From the human T2T-CHM13v2.0 reference genome, Homo sapiens, in the NCBI RefSeq assembly GCF_009914755.1, contig NC_060929.1: 64,000 nt of DNA; one strand, 5' to 3'. Below the pieces are notes generated by a model. The model ran no database searches. It saw only the letters and a list, made by a program, of their open reading frames with translations, and was not told the DNA's origin. Made by a program: the position numbers and the translations under genes. Shown piece by piece: positions 18,046 to 32,482 of the stretch; the first letter of the stretch is position 1; every line of letters begins with the position of its first letter.

Positions 18046-18623
18046 TGATAGCGACAGGAGGCAGCCAAATGCCTAGGCTAATAGGGGCGGGTCCCTGGTG
18101 AAACCCCACCTTCAAGCCAAAAACAGCCTGGAGGCTGAAAGACCAGGCTGCTGGTCCCAGATGAAACCTGCAACCCAGAGTGAGAACTTATGTTCCTGTT
18201 TGCCTGCCCTTTCCTGATTAATTTTTTTTGAATAATGCCTTTTAACAATTGAATGTTGCCTTTTCCAATACTCCCTACAGCCTGTCCCTTTCCCATTCTG
18301 AGCCCATAAAAGGCTCCTGACTCAGCCATATTAGGGGTACTTTCCCACTTTCGGATAGGGGGACCACCCCTACATCCCCTCTCCACTGAAAGCTGTTTCA
18401 TCACTCAGGAAAACTCCCTGCCTTGTACACTCTTCGAATGTTAGCACATCCTCATTCTTCTTAGGTGCAGGACAAGAACTCAGGAACCAGTGTGTAAGCC
18501 AGACTTGGCCCAAGTGGGCCGAGTAGGTGGGCTGTCTCCTGCAGCAGGTAGCGTGGTCAAGCAAGGCCTGGGCAGGGCATCGCCAGCCAGAGTTCCTCAG
18601 CTTGCAAAGTGTCACTGTCATCA
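18046..18623 (+). mobile_element. ERV1 solo LTR (LTR27/LTR28-like group)
   Basis: Starts tgatagcgacaggaggcagccaaatgcc; TATA-like cccataaaa; typical U5-like end. Confidence 0.7.
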
Positions 18624-18892
18624 CTGATTAGAAACAGGGATTGTCCTCATCTCCTTCACCTCTACATATTGGTGACTAAGACCTTTTTCCTATTGAATAT
18701 CTTAACAATCTTTTTTTGTCTGTCTCAATACCATTGTCTTGGTTCCTGCCCTAATGATTTTCTTACTTGCATTTCTGCAGTGGCCTGCTATCCGATTTCT
18801 CTGTTCCAGTCTTGCACCTCTCCAATCTAATTTCTATAGTTGCCAGAGTCATCTTTTTTAAAATATGGGATAAACATATAAGTCTCCTGCTT

Positions 18893-19072
18893 ATGGTTGC
18901 CAGATTTAGCAAACAAAAATACAGCATACCCAGTTAAATTTTAATTTCAGATGAACAAGGGATAATTTTACATGTATGTCCCATATAATTTTTAGGACAT
19001 AAATACTAAATTATTTGATGTTTGTATGAAATTCAAATTTAACTGAGCATCCTGCATTTTATCTGGAAATCT
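18893..19072. mobile_element. MER53 (palindromic hAT MITE)
   Basis: ggttgccagatttagcaaacaaaaatacag...cagttaaatt / aatttaactg...atctggaaatc inverted arms. Confidence 0.8.
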
Positions 19073-19331
19073 TGCTCTTCCTTCAGAGCCCAAAAATGTT
19101 TCACCATCACTTTCAGGGTGAAACCTAAATATCCTAACACTGCATTACAAGATTCAGCATGTTCTAACCCCTGTATACCATATGAACCACTCAGTGTCCT
19201 GAATTTGCTTTGCTGCTTTACTCCTTCATACCTCTGATCACATGCTTACTTTTTCCTAGAATGCCCCTCTCTTCTTAGTTCTCTGGTTGATTCTGATTGA
19301 TTGTTTAATACTGAAGTATCACCTTCTCTAA

Positions 19332-19682
<351 letters not shown>

Positions 19683-20599
19683 TAATTGGGACACTAGCTT
19701 TTCTTCTGCATTCTCATAACATTCTTTGTTTTATATGATTGCAGAATTTATCATATTATAATTTAATTTTTTTAAACCTGCCTCTCTTCCTTAGATTGTG
19801 AGTTCTTTGAGCACAGGGTAAAAGTTGTGTCTTTTAACTCAATCCTTGGCACTTAGTGGGCTCTCAGTTAATATATGCATGAACCAATCAGTTAGTGAAT
19901 GGGAAAGTAGGAAAGGACCCATAAGCATTAGCCACATAATTGGCCATTGGAGCTTACCCAGCTCTTCCCTATGGTACCTCCTTTGACCATCCTCTTTGTT
20001 CCTCAAAGATGCTTCATAAGAATAGGAACTAGGTTTTAATCTCTGTATCCCTAGGCCCTTAAATTGTAGGTGCTCAGTATATATTAAATGAATGAATGAA
20101 TGAATGAATGAATGAAAAACACATGAATGAATAAGTATATCTTTCAGGGCCACAGCTCCTGTTGTCCCCTGCAACAAGTCCTAGAGGGTGCTGCCTCTGA
20201 CCATATTTTTTATTCTCTAGGGCAGGCTCTATATAGCCTAAGTTGTAGCTTCTTTATGTCTTACTTCTTCTCATCCAACTCTTCTTCCCTCTCTCATCCT
20301 AGGCCAGAAGAATTCTTTTCCCCCGACAGCAGCTGGCACATAACAGCTCAATGAATGTTAGCAATCATTCACAGATGGAGCCTTTTCTTTCCTCCAGGGC
20401 TCTTGCCTTTCTGCCATTTCTTTCTCTCTCTCTGAGGCCAAGCCTGGAAAGCCATGGGGATCTGACATTGCTTTTTCTCCCAGGGATTATGGTCTTTCCT
20501 CTTCCCACACAAGGGAGCAAGGTTTTCTTTGTCTCCCACCAGGGTAGTTCAATTAAATAGGACTAGCATTAAGTGACTCTAATTATTTTTTATTAATGT

Positions 20600-21745
20600 T
20601 TAACTGCTAAATTTCTTTTTCAATTAAATAATTGTGTCTTTATGCTTAGAGGCCCTTTTTGCGTATATATGGGAGTTCATTTATTTTAGTAAAGGAAATA
20701 CCACCTGAAAAACTGTTAATGACTTGAGCTCTGTGATTAGTTCATTTTAGTGACATTTTGAGATTTAATAATTAATCTGGCTCAGGTTCAAAGAAAGAAA
20801 ACTTAATGCCAGAAATTCCTAGCCAGCAAAGAATATAAACAAACCATACAATTGTCCCCTCAAATAACAGGAATCATTGAGATAGCCTTCTTGCAATTAG
20901 AAATGTTTTGAAAAAATGCATGAGGAAGGTTCAAGAAAGCATGTCAAAACAACAAAACTCAGTGTACATTCTCATTATTGTAATTGATCAAAGGATGTTT
21001 GCAATAGATTTGAATTTGAATAAATTAAATGTGACATTGATTTGGCAGAGGCGTACTAGTGATTGGCAAGAACATGTAGCAGGAGCAGCTTCTGCTAAAG
21101 CATAACTCACTTGCCTCTTGTTTTATTCTAATAGATTTCTTAGCAACCCAGTACTATCATACTAACCTAAGCTCTGTCACTTATTTACTCTTTGGGTTTC
21201 TACTCCCATCCAGGCAAGATTAAATTTATTTTTGATTACTGATCTAGCAGGTGTTCTCTTGGGCCTAAATACAGAATACCTTTTGGTGATCTATGCACCT
21301 CCCTCTTTTTTCTTCTTTCTTTCGTAGATGAAAAAGGGTGATCTAATAACTTATTTCATCCTGGCAGTTCAACTTGTAGAACTAGAAAATGTAGTTTAAT
21401 TAAACAACTTGGCAATAAAATTCGAGCTGAGACATCACTATAGCATTTGCTAGGCTTGAATTGTTTCTCAGCATGTTACAAAATTAACACTGTAAAAGAA
21501 TATTCAACTCTGAACGTTTTGAAACAACAAATTCCCATTATAATTTTATAATTATATTGAGGATTGGGGGCTGTGTGGTATATTCTGGGAGGCTACTTTC
21601 TGGGCATGACTATCTAATAGTAAACAAATGTTACTGGTATGGGGTCCCAAAACATACTTCATGCCAAATTTCACTTATAATCTACATAAATCGTTTTGTA
21701 GTCTATGAAAAACATTTTAATTGACTCAAAGGCAATGTACTCATA
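20600..21745 (-). pseudogene. Dynein-like exon remnants: AAA4 including Walker A region
   Basis: Exons 21745-21658, 21489-21355 and 21264-~20969 with short introns. SYALAEAAPATCSCQSLVRLCQINVTFNLFKF resembles G.ALLVG.GGSGRQSLTRLAA.I....LFQI (QSLVRL at 21048-21065). Confidence 0.68.
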
Positions 21746-22126
21746 CTTTAAAAATTTTAATATTTATTAAAATAAAAATTATTCACTAGTATATATGGTT
21801 TAAATTATGGAAAGAAATTAGTGGAGCTGTCAAGGTCAAATTTATGTCTGGTAAGCAGTAAAAAATGTATGCATTTGGGTATATTTAGTAATTGAAATAC
21901 TTTTACATCTTTATCTTATGTGTACTTTGAAAAGTATGTCTAGCTCCAATAGATATTAAAGATATATGTACATTTAGCTTTTGTCACAAATGTACCGCTA
22001 ATGTATAATTTTAAATTATAACTTTTTATAAATCCGGTTTCTCATTTTTTATATGTAATATAACTTGAACTTCATAAATAAGCTATGGTTTTGTTCCCAC
22101 AGAAGACTGAAAAAGAACCCAGTTAC

Positions 22127-22377
22127 ATGGGCCTAAGACTGACTCCTGAGCCTTAACTTGCTCTTGAAAATAGTGAACTTTCTAACAATGAAGCACTGTT
22201 GAATTTATTTTAAATTATATTTAGATTTTGTCTTGGCATGTGTTTTGAACTTCAGTTTGAACATAGTTATATATGATATACTTGGAATTCACAAGTACTT
22301 GAAGCTAAATGGAGACCATTTATAAATACTAAACTTTAGAGGAGCCTGGAGCCAGAACATTAAAGATGAAATGGCAT

Positions 22378-22426
<49 letters not shown>

Positions 22427-23711
22427 CAACCTGCCTTTTTTCTACCTGGATTCATAACATTTTTAAAGCAAAGTTCTAATTCCCTAATAAAGGGCTGAGC
22501 ATTAACTCTATTCCATTTCCATGTCTATCAATATAAAAATTATTCAAATACTTTTGAAGTCTATTATTATGGAATTTTATGCTTACCATGAATATTACAC
22601 CATCAGCATCATATATATGTACATATAAGGTATTACTGAAACACTCCTTCATAGAAGAATTCTCAGTTGACTAGGTTTGAGCCTTTTAAGGAGAAAAATT
22701 GGGCTAAGGGATTGAAATCTTGAATGATGGTTTGAAAACAGTTATTCATTTTTATTTATACACACATTACACACAACATAAAAAATACTAGTGACATTTT
22801 ACATATCTTAAATTAATAAAAATGGGTAATTTATAATTTGCATAATTTGTATTTACCTTTTCTTGTTAAGTATATGTATAATAACAGATAATATTCCTAA
22901 AAAATATTTTGTATATATACTTAGATCTGCATCTAAATATTTGATTCCATTTAATAGTATAGACTGAGGAATGTTCACTCCCACACCTCTGGTCTGAGTG
23001 TGGCTCCAGAGAAGCAGAATGGTGGATACCTGAGGTTGAAAACTCTTTGGGTAACCTTTGAACCTATTCAGATATCTCTCAGCCCTTCCCTTTCCCCAAT
23101 ACTCATCAAGTAATCTAAACTTATCTTCCAGTCATGATAACTTCATCAGAGAGCACTGGTCATCAGCTCTTAGCCTTCCCTCAGATATTAGAGTGCATTT
23201 CCAAAGCCCAGGTTTAAATAGCTTTAGTTTTCTTTCTCTCTCCCAACACATCATTGCAGAGACCTCTAGTATTTTTCTACCATTTGTTTTACCTCCTCTT
23301 TATAATTCAAATATCCACGCATGTTATCTAATAACTTCCATAGCAGTAAGTGTATATTAAAGCTGAATTCCTTGCCTTTATGGAAAGTTAATGTATAGTA
23401 GGATTTTGCATGAGGGACTGTATGATTGGAGCAGAATAACTACTTATTATATCATGCCTAATATCTGTGAGTGAGCTATAAGTCAGCATGTTAGTAGATT
23501 CCATATTTAAGCTTTGTTTTTTAAAAAAACAAACTTTAAATCTCTTTTGTCATTACTACACATAGCAAGTTGCAGCATTGAATGCAACAATAATACAGCT
23601 ACCAAAAGGGCTCTTAACCAGGGCTCTTAGCAAAGTAACAGCATTGGAAAGGACTTGAGCCACAACCTTTTGGGGGCTTAAGTTCACATCACTGAGTAAA
23701 TGAATAGTGCA
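22127..23711 (-). pseudogene. Four phase-compatible dynein-like AAA3 exons (23711-~23602, 23375-23281, 22682-22587, 22304-22127)
   Basis: Canonical AG/GT ends, with the first two exons stop-free. AVTLLRALVKSPFG|KEFSFNIHLL resembles LY..V...PTP.K.HY.FNLRDL; YVQTEVQNTCQDKI resembles W.HE..RVFQDRL. Confidence 0.7.
22383..22425. repeat. (TG)n microsatellite
   Basis: Perfect TG run. Confidence 0.98.
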
Positions 23712-23874
23712 CTATAAATAACCATTAACTACATTACAAAAACAATGATGAGCTTGTTAAAGGCATTTAGATCTTTTCGCTTTTTCTCTTTTTTAATCTA
23801 ATCCTTCACAAACAATGATAATTTATATTAAATTTTGACCAGAAAAATATATAAATTCAAACATTAAATACATG

Positions 23875-24066
23875 CAAGTTGAGCAGCTCAAATTCGAAAT
23901 CCAGATTGCTCCAAAATCCAAAACTTTTTGAGCACTATTAAGGCATTCAAAGGATTTGGGGATACTTAACTGGTAAGTAAAAAGCAAATATTCCAAGATC
24001 CAAAAAATTCCAAAATCCCAAACACTTCTGTTCCTAAGCATTTCAGATAAGGGATACTTACCCTAT
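23875..24066. mobile_element. Tigger4/MER46 (Zombi)
   Basis: tgctccaaaatccaaaactttttgagc...aaacacttctgttcctaagcatttcagataagggatact. Confidence 0.75.
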
Positions 24067-24089
24067 AACAACATAAACAACTCAAGCCT

Positions 24090-24799
24090 AAACTAATTTG
24101 CTCCAGCTGAACACCCCTGAAATGAGAGAGATGCTCACAGAACATTGGTCATTCATAACATATACATTTAAGGAAAGTTTTGACACACCGATTTTGATAC
24201 AGCTCATGCCTTTTTTTAATTTGTCAGTATGGTTTCTTTCTCTTCTTCCCTGAGATTGGTGGAGAATGATATTCTTCAATATTTCACTCCAGGAGACTCT
24301 TTAAATGACCCTTTTAGAAGGGGTTGACCTCATGCATGACTCTCAATTGTCAACTCCATGAGGTTCTGCTTCAGGTGGACAAGAAGGCCATTGTTGATAC
24401 ACTGCTCTATATCCCTAGTCAGGGGAGCCAAGACAGTGGTATAAAACATGGAAGCTTTGGTGACTAGAGACTTTTTGTTGATGGGAATAAGGAGGTAATA
24501 AGGCAGAGTGTTGCTAATTTGAGGGCTGCACGTGGTAACAACAGCCCTTTTGTCTCAGGCTGTGCGTCTCCTGAACCAGGTTCACAAAGCTTGAGAAGTT
24601 TGCTTGGCAGTATAGTCATCACTGGCCTCAAAATCCGTATTGGTATTTTCAATGGACAGTGTAACAATGCTTCTCATGTGCTCAGGGAACTTAGATTTGG
24701 TGGACGTAGAGTTTTAGGGTATCCAGCACCTGGCAGAGTGTCCAAACCTCTGGTGTTTTTCCTCTGCAATGAAGTCCTTCATTCTGATCATTTCCAGTG

Positions 24800-24800
<1 letters not shown>
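24090..24800 (-). pseudogene. Dynein-like exon remnant: AAA3 (P-loop, Walker B, G.QP)
   Basis: PSKLLKLCEPGSG resembles PVLL.G.PGSGK; LLVHLKQNLM...HA*GQPLL resembles V.FIDD.NMP..D.YG.QP; SEILKNII resembles ELLRQ. Bounded upstream by an old L1. Confidence 0.6.
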
Positions 24801-26820
<2,020 letters not shown>

Positions 26821-26949
26821 TGAAACTAGTAGATTACCTCTTACTAACATCTCTACCCATTTCAGAGAGAGATGTGTACAAGTTTGCTATGTTTATTTTT
26901 TAATAGAATGAAATCACTATTTTAAGATATATTTGTACCTTCTGTTGTA

Positions 26950-27150
26950 CTATCACTGCCCAGTAGCCAGTTCTTTCCCAACCTTTACAACAGCCCATTG
27001 AAGAAGACAACATTATCTCCATTTCACACAACATGAAAGTGAGACACAGGGAAGTTAAATAATATTCATAGAGTCACACAGCTGGTAAATGGTAAAACTG
27101 GGATTTGTATTCAGTGGTCTGGCTTCAGAGCCCAAATTCTATGCCACTAT
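26950..27150 (-). mobile_element. MIR (a second copy at ~27745-27870)
   Basis: ctccatttcac...gaaagtgagacacagggaagttaaataa...gtcacacagctggtaaatgg core. Confidence 0.75.
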
Positions 27151-27336
27151 TGAGAAACATTCAGTGAATAACAATGTGAAGAGTATACATATGAGTAATT
27201 TGAGGTATAAATATTTATACTTACATAGTCACATATAAACAAGATTCAATTTTTAAATCAATAATGTTTGGCTTACATTAGAATATGGAAAAATCTGTAA
27301 TCTGCATAAACTTTTCAATCTTTAAGGGAACTCTAG

Positions 27337-27702
<366 letters not shown>

Positions 27703-28295
27703 TAAAAGCTTACTCACCTTGTAATACATAACTATCTTAGGAAACATAATACTGTTATGAGTATAAGCCCCATTTTCAGATAAACTGAGACTAAAAAAGT
27801 TAAGTAGCTTTCTTGGTGTCACACGGCTAGCAAATGGTAGATTTGGGATTGGAACCCTGTCTGAGTCAAAGAATTACCCATGTGGATTGTCACCACAGTG
27901 TTATTTTTTTTAATGAAGAAGTGAAATATTGGAAGCAACAGTAGAGGTAGTTGTTAAGTAAATCATGGTACAATACTAGTGATAAAATAACATTCAGCCA
28001 TCTTTTTTTTAAATGTTAAAGAAAAATATTTATTGGCAACAAGATAAATAAGTAAAATGATGAATATTTGTTTTTAAAATACAAACATTTATGTGAAGAA
28101 AGATGCCCGTTCCTGCTTTATCCTTACACAAACACTGAAACATACTGTTATTTGATAAACGTATGGAGATATAGGGTGATATTGTTCCAAGGAATTGGAA
28201 GGAAAAATACTTGCTTTTTGGTAGTTTGTATTTGCAAATAGACTTTCTTAAAAGTCCTTAAGGTCTACAATTCCTATCCTGTTTTCTCCACCTAA

Positions 28296-28647
<352 letters not shown>

Positions 28648-29079
28648 CTTCAATTCCAAATATTTACAAGACCGTATTTCCTTTCATAAATGATTTATGT
28701 TCTGTTTAATTTTGCCTGGTACCAGTTATGTTTTTGGTACCAGTTTTGTTTTTTCAGAAAAACAAAAGGAAATTCTTTTTTAGGAAAAACTATAGTCTCC
28801 ATATTTTTTAACTCTGAAATCTTTAACCATCTTCATATATAAAAATAATTAATATATTCAGATTGGCTTTTCTTTTGCCTCAATAGCTATTATAAGAAAG
28901 TCTTAGAAGAGTAATGTTGAATAAAGAGAAATTATGTGAAGGCAGGAGAAACAAGAACAGATCTTTGCCCTCCATTTTCTTTTCATCAAAAAGCATATGC
29001 ATGTACCAACTGTAAGACTGCAACTATAGAGGTGACATAAATAAAGTAGGCAGGGGCACAGCTTCAGGTGACATGACTG

Positions 29080-29295
29080 ATCTATTATACAAAATCCAAG
29101 CAAGCTCCATACCAATTTCTGAGTATCCTCTTGCTGCTTGAGGTCGGTTACTAGTGGAAGTTTAACCTGGTCCTGAACTTTTCATTCCGCTCCAAAGAAC
29201 GAACTTCCATTAAGACACAGGGACTTGAATTTTTGTCTACTTCCACTATTTCCAGTATGATATTGAGGAATTTCCTTTGTGATACATCATCACCT
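29080..29295 (-). pseudogene. Dynein-like exon remnant: AAA2 C-terminal part
   Basis: Pyrimidine tract plus AG. FKSLCLNGSSF...DQVKLPLVTDLKQ resembles NK.LCL.NGE.I...R.LFEV.DL. Confidence 0.6.
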
Positions 29296-29911
29296 TATAT
29301 AAGAATTCTAGAGGGTATAGGAAGAAGAAAACCTGATTTCTCTACTCTCACCCTCACTTGGAGCAACCATACAGAACTCGCTTACTGTGGTGATTAAACT
29401 ACTCATGGGGAATTGCTATGTGTTGTGAAAATTACAAGAATATTTATAAATATTGTTCTTTCCTGCACATATTTGCTTTGAGGGAGAAGTTTCATTAGAT
29501 GGGCCCTTCTTCACATCTAAAACTAAGTCTTAACACTAAAACCACAAAAACTTTTCCCCCTTTAAGTACAAACTATTATTTTAAATGTTACTTTAATATC
29601 AGAGCTTACCTTTTTAAAGGACTATACAATCAATATTACTTGAAATTCACTTGAGAAACAGAAAGGTGATATCATACATTTAGATATCCAGATGTTGCCC
29701 TTTAAGTGACATTTTTTGAAAGTTTTGAAATTTTAAAAATACTTGACAGAACTTTTTTTTTTTTGGTCAGTGTTGTCAGATATTAGTTACATTAACATTC
29801 TAATTTCACATTACAAATAACATATTCTTAAAAATTAGATAATACAGGTAAGCAAAAAGAACATTAAAAAATTTCACACATTTAGAAATGCATTGTAAAA
29901 TCAGAAGGAAT

Positions 29912-30255
29912 GGACCAGGCGTGGTGGCTCATGCCTGTAATCCCAGCACTTTGGGAGGCTGAGGCGGGCAGATCACCTGAGGTCAGGAGTTCGAGACCAG
30001 CCTGACCAACATGGAGAAACCCCGTTTCTACTAAAAATACAAAATTAGCTGGGTGTGGTGGCACATGCCTGTAATCCCAGCTACTCGGGAGGCTGAGGCA
30101 GGAGAATCACTTGAACCTGGAAGGTGGAGATTGCGGTGAGCCGAGGTTGCGGTAAGCCGAGATCACACCATTGTACTCCAGCCTGGGCAACAAGAGCAAA
30201 ACTCCGTCTCAAAAAAACAAAAAAAAACCAAAACAAACAACAACAACAACAAAAC
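29912..30255 (+). mobile_element. AluS with an internal 16-nt duplication and (CAA)n tail
   Basis: ttgcggtgagccgagg ttgcggtaagccgaga; TSD cagaaggaat. Confidence 0.95.
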
Positions 30256-30499
30256 ACAGAAGGAATGAATAAAGACCAAAGATGTAATTACTGTATTGCA
30301 TTTATTTTTAAGATACGTATCTTTTCAAATATTAATATCTCTGAAACTATGTGTGGAATTTGCCTTTCTTAATGCTATAGTGATGCTTCTTAAATGTGAT
30401 GGTCTTTTATTCAAGGAAATACAGTAACAAAGGATTGATTGTAATTTTGGGTATAGATCCTCCTAGATAGAATTCTGAGGAACAGAACTGCATTGTACA

Positions 30500-30700
30500 A
30501 TCTGTTTGCACAGATTTGAGAAAGTATTTCCAATAGCAAAGAACCTCTCTGCAACAGTGTCTAGGGCATGCCAAACCCTGATTCCATTCCTATCCTCCTC
30601 CTTTCCTGCCATACCACTCCAGAAGAGAAAGGGAAATATTAATAGATGAGGCTTGGTTCTGGTACTACAGAGGGTGACGTTAGCATTCACACATCTGAAT
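30500..30700 (-). pseudogene. Dynein-like exon remnant: AAA2
   Basis: HLLIFP / SLLEWYGRKGGG*EWNQGLA resembles INPKA...ELYG..D..T.EW.DGL. Confidence 0.65.
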
Positions 30701-31119
30701 GGCAAAGAAAAAAAAAAAAGGGTAGTCAGAGCACTTCTTTCTCACCAGTGGAAAAGTACAGTCACTGAGTTTTAGGGCAGAAATCAGTGTTAAGCTTAGG
30801 AAATCTTTCATAGAGTGTCTCAGGCTTCTGTGTAATATTTCACATTTGTTTGTTTCATTTTTTGAGTAGTAAATATTTCTACTGTGGGGTGCTTCATGTC
30901 TATTATAGCATAAAATCAGGACAGAACTGTTTATGTAACATTAGTATGTAATCATACAGCTTTTTCAAACTTATATACATATCTGTATATTATTTAAATG
31001 CAAAGTATGTATGTATATATTTATATGTATATAATGTATTTTATTTTTATTGGCTATTTTTATAAAAACTTTTTTTAACTAGAAATTTAATAATTTCTTC
31101 CATTTATATATACATGCAG

Positions 31120-31371
31120 GAAATACTAAAGAATGAAAAACACAGAGAAGAAATCAAAATAAAAAGCCAAGATTTTTATGAAAAAGAAAAACTCCTTAGT
31201 AAAGAGACCAGTGAGGAACTCCTGCCTCCACCAGTTCAAACTCAAATTAAAGGCCATGCCTCTGCTCCATACTTTGGAAAGGAAGAACCCTCAGTGGCTC
31301 CCAGCAGCACTGGTAAAACCTTTCAGCCAGGATCCTGGATGCCACGAGATGGCAAGAGCCACAATCAATGA
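31120..31371 (+). CDS. NDUFAF2: NDUFAF2 (mimitin, complex I assembly factor) terminal coding exon; upstream exons lie outside the window
   Basis: Translation EILKNEKHREEIKIKSQDFYEKEKLLSKETSEELLPPPVQTQIKGHASAPYFGKEEPSVAPSSTGKTFQPGSWMPRDGKSHNQ* matches the human NDUFAF2 C-terminus as I recall it. Acceptor catgcag| at 31117-31119; TGA ends at 31371. Confidence 0.97.
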   Translation, partial: EILKNEKHREEIKIKSQDFYEKEKLLSKETSEELLPPPVQTQIKGHASAPYFGKEEPSVAPSSTGKTFQPGSWMPRDGKSHNQ

Positions 31372-31421
31372 ATGCATTATGGTCAAATCTTTTCATGTAT
31401 ATGGATGTGACTATTTTAACA

Positions 31422-31427
31422 AATAAA
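31422..31427 (+). terminator. NDUFAF2: NDUFAF2 polyadenylation signal
   Basis: AATAAA about 50 nt after the stop codon, followed by T/GT-rich sequence. Confidence 0.85.
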
Positions 31428-31549
31428 AGAAGTGAAAAGTTATTTACCTTGTATTTTCTGAATGTACAATAGTTTCCTATTCTATTAATCTTGAGTTCAT
31501 TTTTAGTATGCACAAGAAATGTGAGATTATGTACTGTAGAAACCTAACT

Positions 31550-32138
31550 TCTTTTAGACTTAAATCCTTCATTTGACTTAGTCATTGTTATTTATGAATT
31601 TGCTTAGATTTGTTTTTCCCTCTTTGGATTACTCCCTTGAGAAGGATCCTGTAGCTGTGAATGCTTAGTACATTTTGGATCTTTATGATCATTTGGGAAC
31701 CACTCATAGATAGAACTGGGTACAAATAATGAGGGTAAATATTTTTCCCTCTTTGGATTACTCCCTTGAGAAGGATCCTGTAGCTGTGAATGCTTAGTAC
31801 ATTTTGGATCTCTATGATCATTTGGGAACCACTCATAGATAGAACTGGGTACAAATAATGAGGGTAAAATAGTGAGCTCTCCCAACTGATCAAATATAGG
31901 AGAAAAAAGAATGAAGATTCTTATTTCTGGAGAGGTGACCTGTAAGATTCTAAAAGACTAATCAAAAATGTGAACTTGGATAAAACATGTAGAGGCAAAG
32001 AAAACTTAGTTGATAAGTGAAAAAAACCACTAAGACCTTGATGAGAGGATGGGACAAAAGCTAGCTTATGGTGGGACTCTGGTTGGAATTTGAAGAGAGG
32101 AATTAGGACCAATAGAAGTATACAATCCATAACAAAGT
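31550..32138 (-). pseudogene. Dynein-like exon remnant: end of AAA1 and AAA2 Walker A (duplicated)
   Basis: Strong acceptor ctactgtcctttcag| at 32139. (D)FVMDCILLLVL resembles DFGLRA.K.VL; QMIIEIQNVLSIHSYRILLKGVIQRGK resembles K..QLYE...VRHG.MLVG..GSGK. GxxxxGK at 31615-31635 and 31744-31764. Confidence 0.7.
31613..31868. repeat. 129-bp tandem duplication (2 copies)
   Basis: Copies start at 31613 and 31742; one internal substitution (ctttatg vs ctctatg). Confidence 0.97.
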
Positions 32139-32422
32139 CTGAAAGGACAGTAGAGAAAGAAATAATGCAATAACTGGAGTTCCATGAGAACGAAAATTAC
32201 TTTGAAAAAATAGAAAATTGGGGAAAGCTCTCAAAAAGCAGAAATTAATTTCACTAGAAGACAGAAGACAATGTACATGTTAAAACATTACATACAAAAG
32301 TACATTAAAGGGCCACACATTTTCTGGAGTGTACAACCAAGTTTTTGTTGTTATTCTAAAAGTTTTTCTCACAATGTTTGGCATACAATAGATGCTCAAT
32401 ATTTGCTGAACGAATGACCCAA

Positions 32423-32423
<1 letters not shown>

Positions 32424-32471
<48 letters not shown>
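32424..32471. repeat. (TG)24 microsatellite
   Basis: Perfect TG run next to the L1 tail. Confidence 0.98.
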
Positions 32472-32472
<1 letters not shown>

Positions 32473-32482
32473 TTACAAATGC

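Noticed and set aside
22103-22200. Plus-strand acceptor ttttgttcccacag, a possible cryptic NDUFAF2 exon
   Set aside because: No convincing donor or reading frame; overlaps a minus-strand fossil exon
22587-22620. IYDADGVIFM resembling a small-GTPase strand
   Set aside because: Isolated similarity; neighbouring exons fit dynein AAA3 instead
31114-31119. ATG start given by the ORF track for the 85-aa ORF
   Set aside because: It is intronic (catgcag is the acceptor); the exon starts at 31120
31613-31868. Repeated peptide ORFs / possible CRISPR-like array
   Set aside because: Only two adjacent copies with no spacer; eukaryotic tandem duplication
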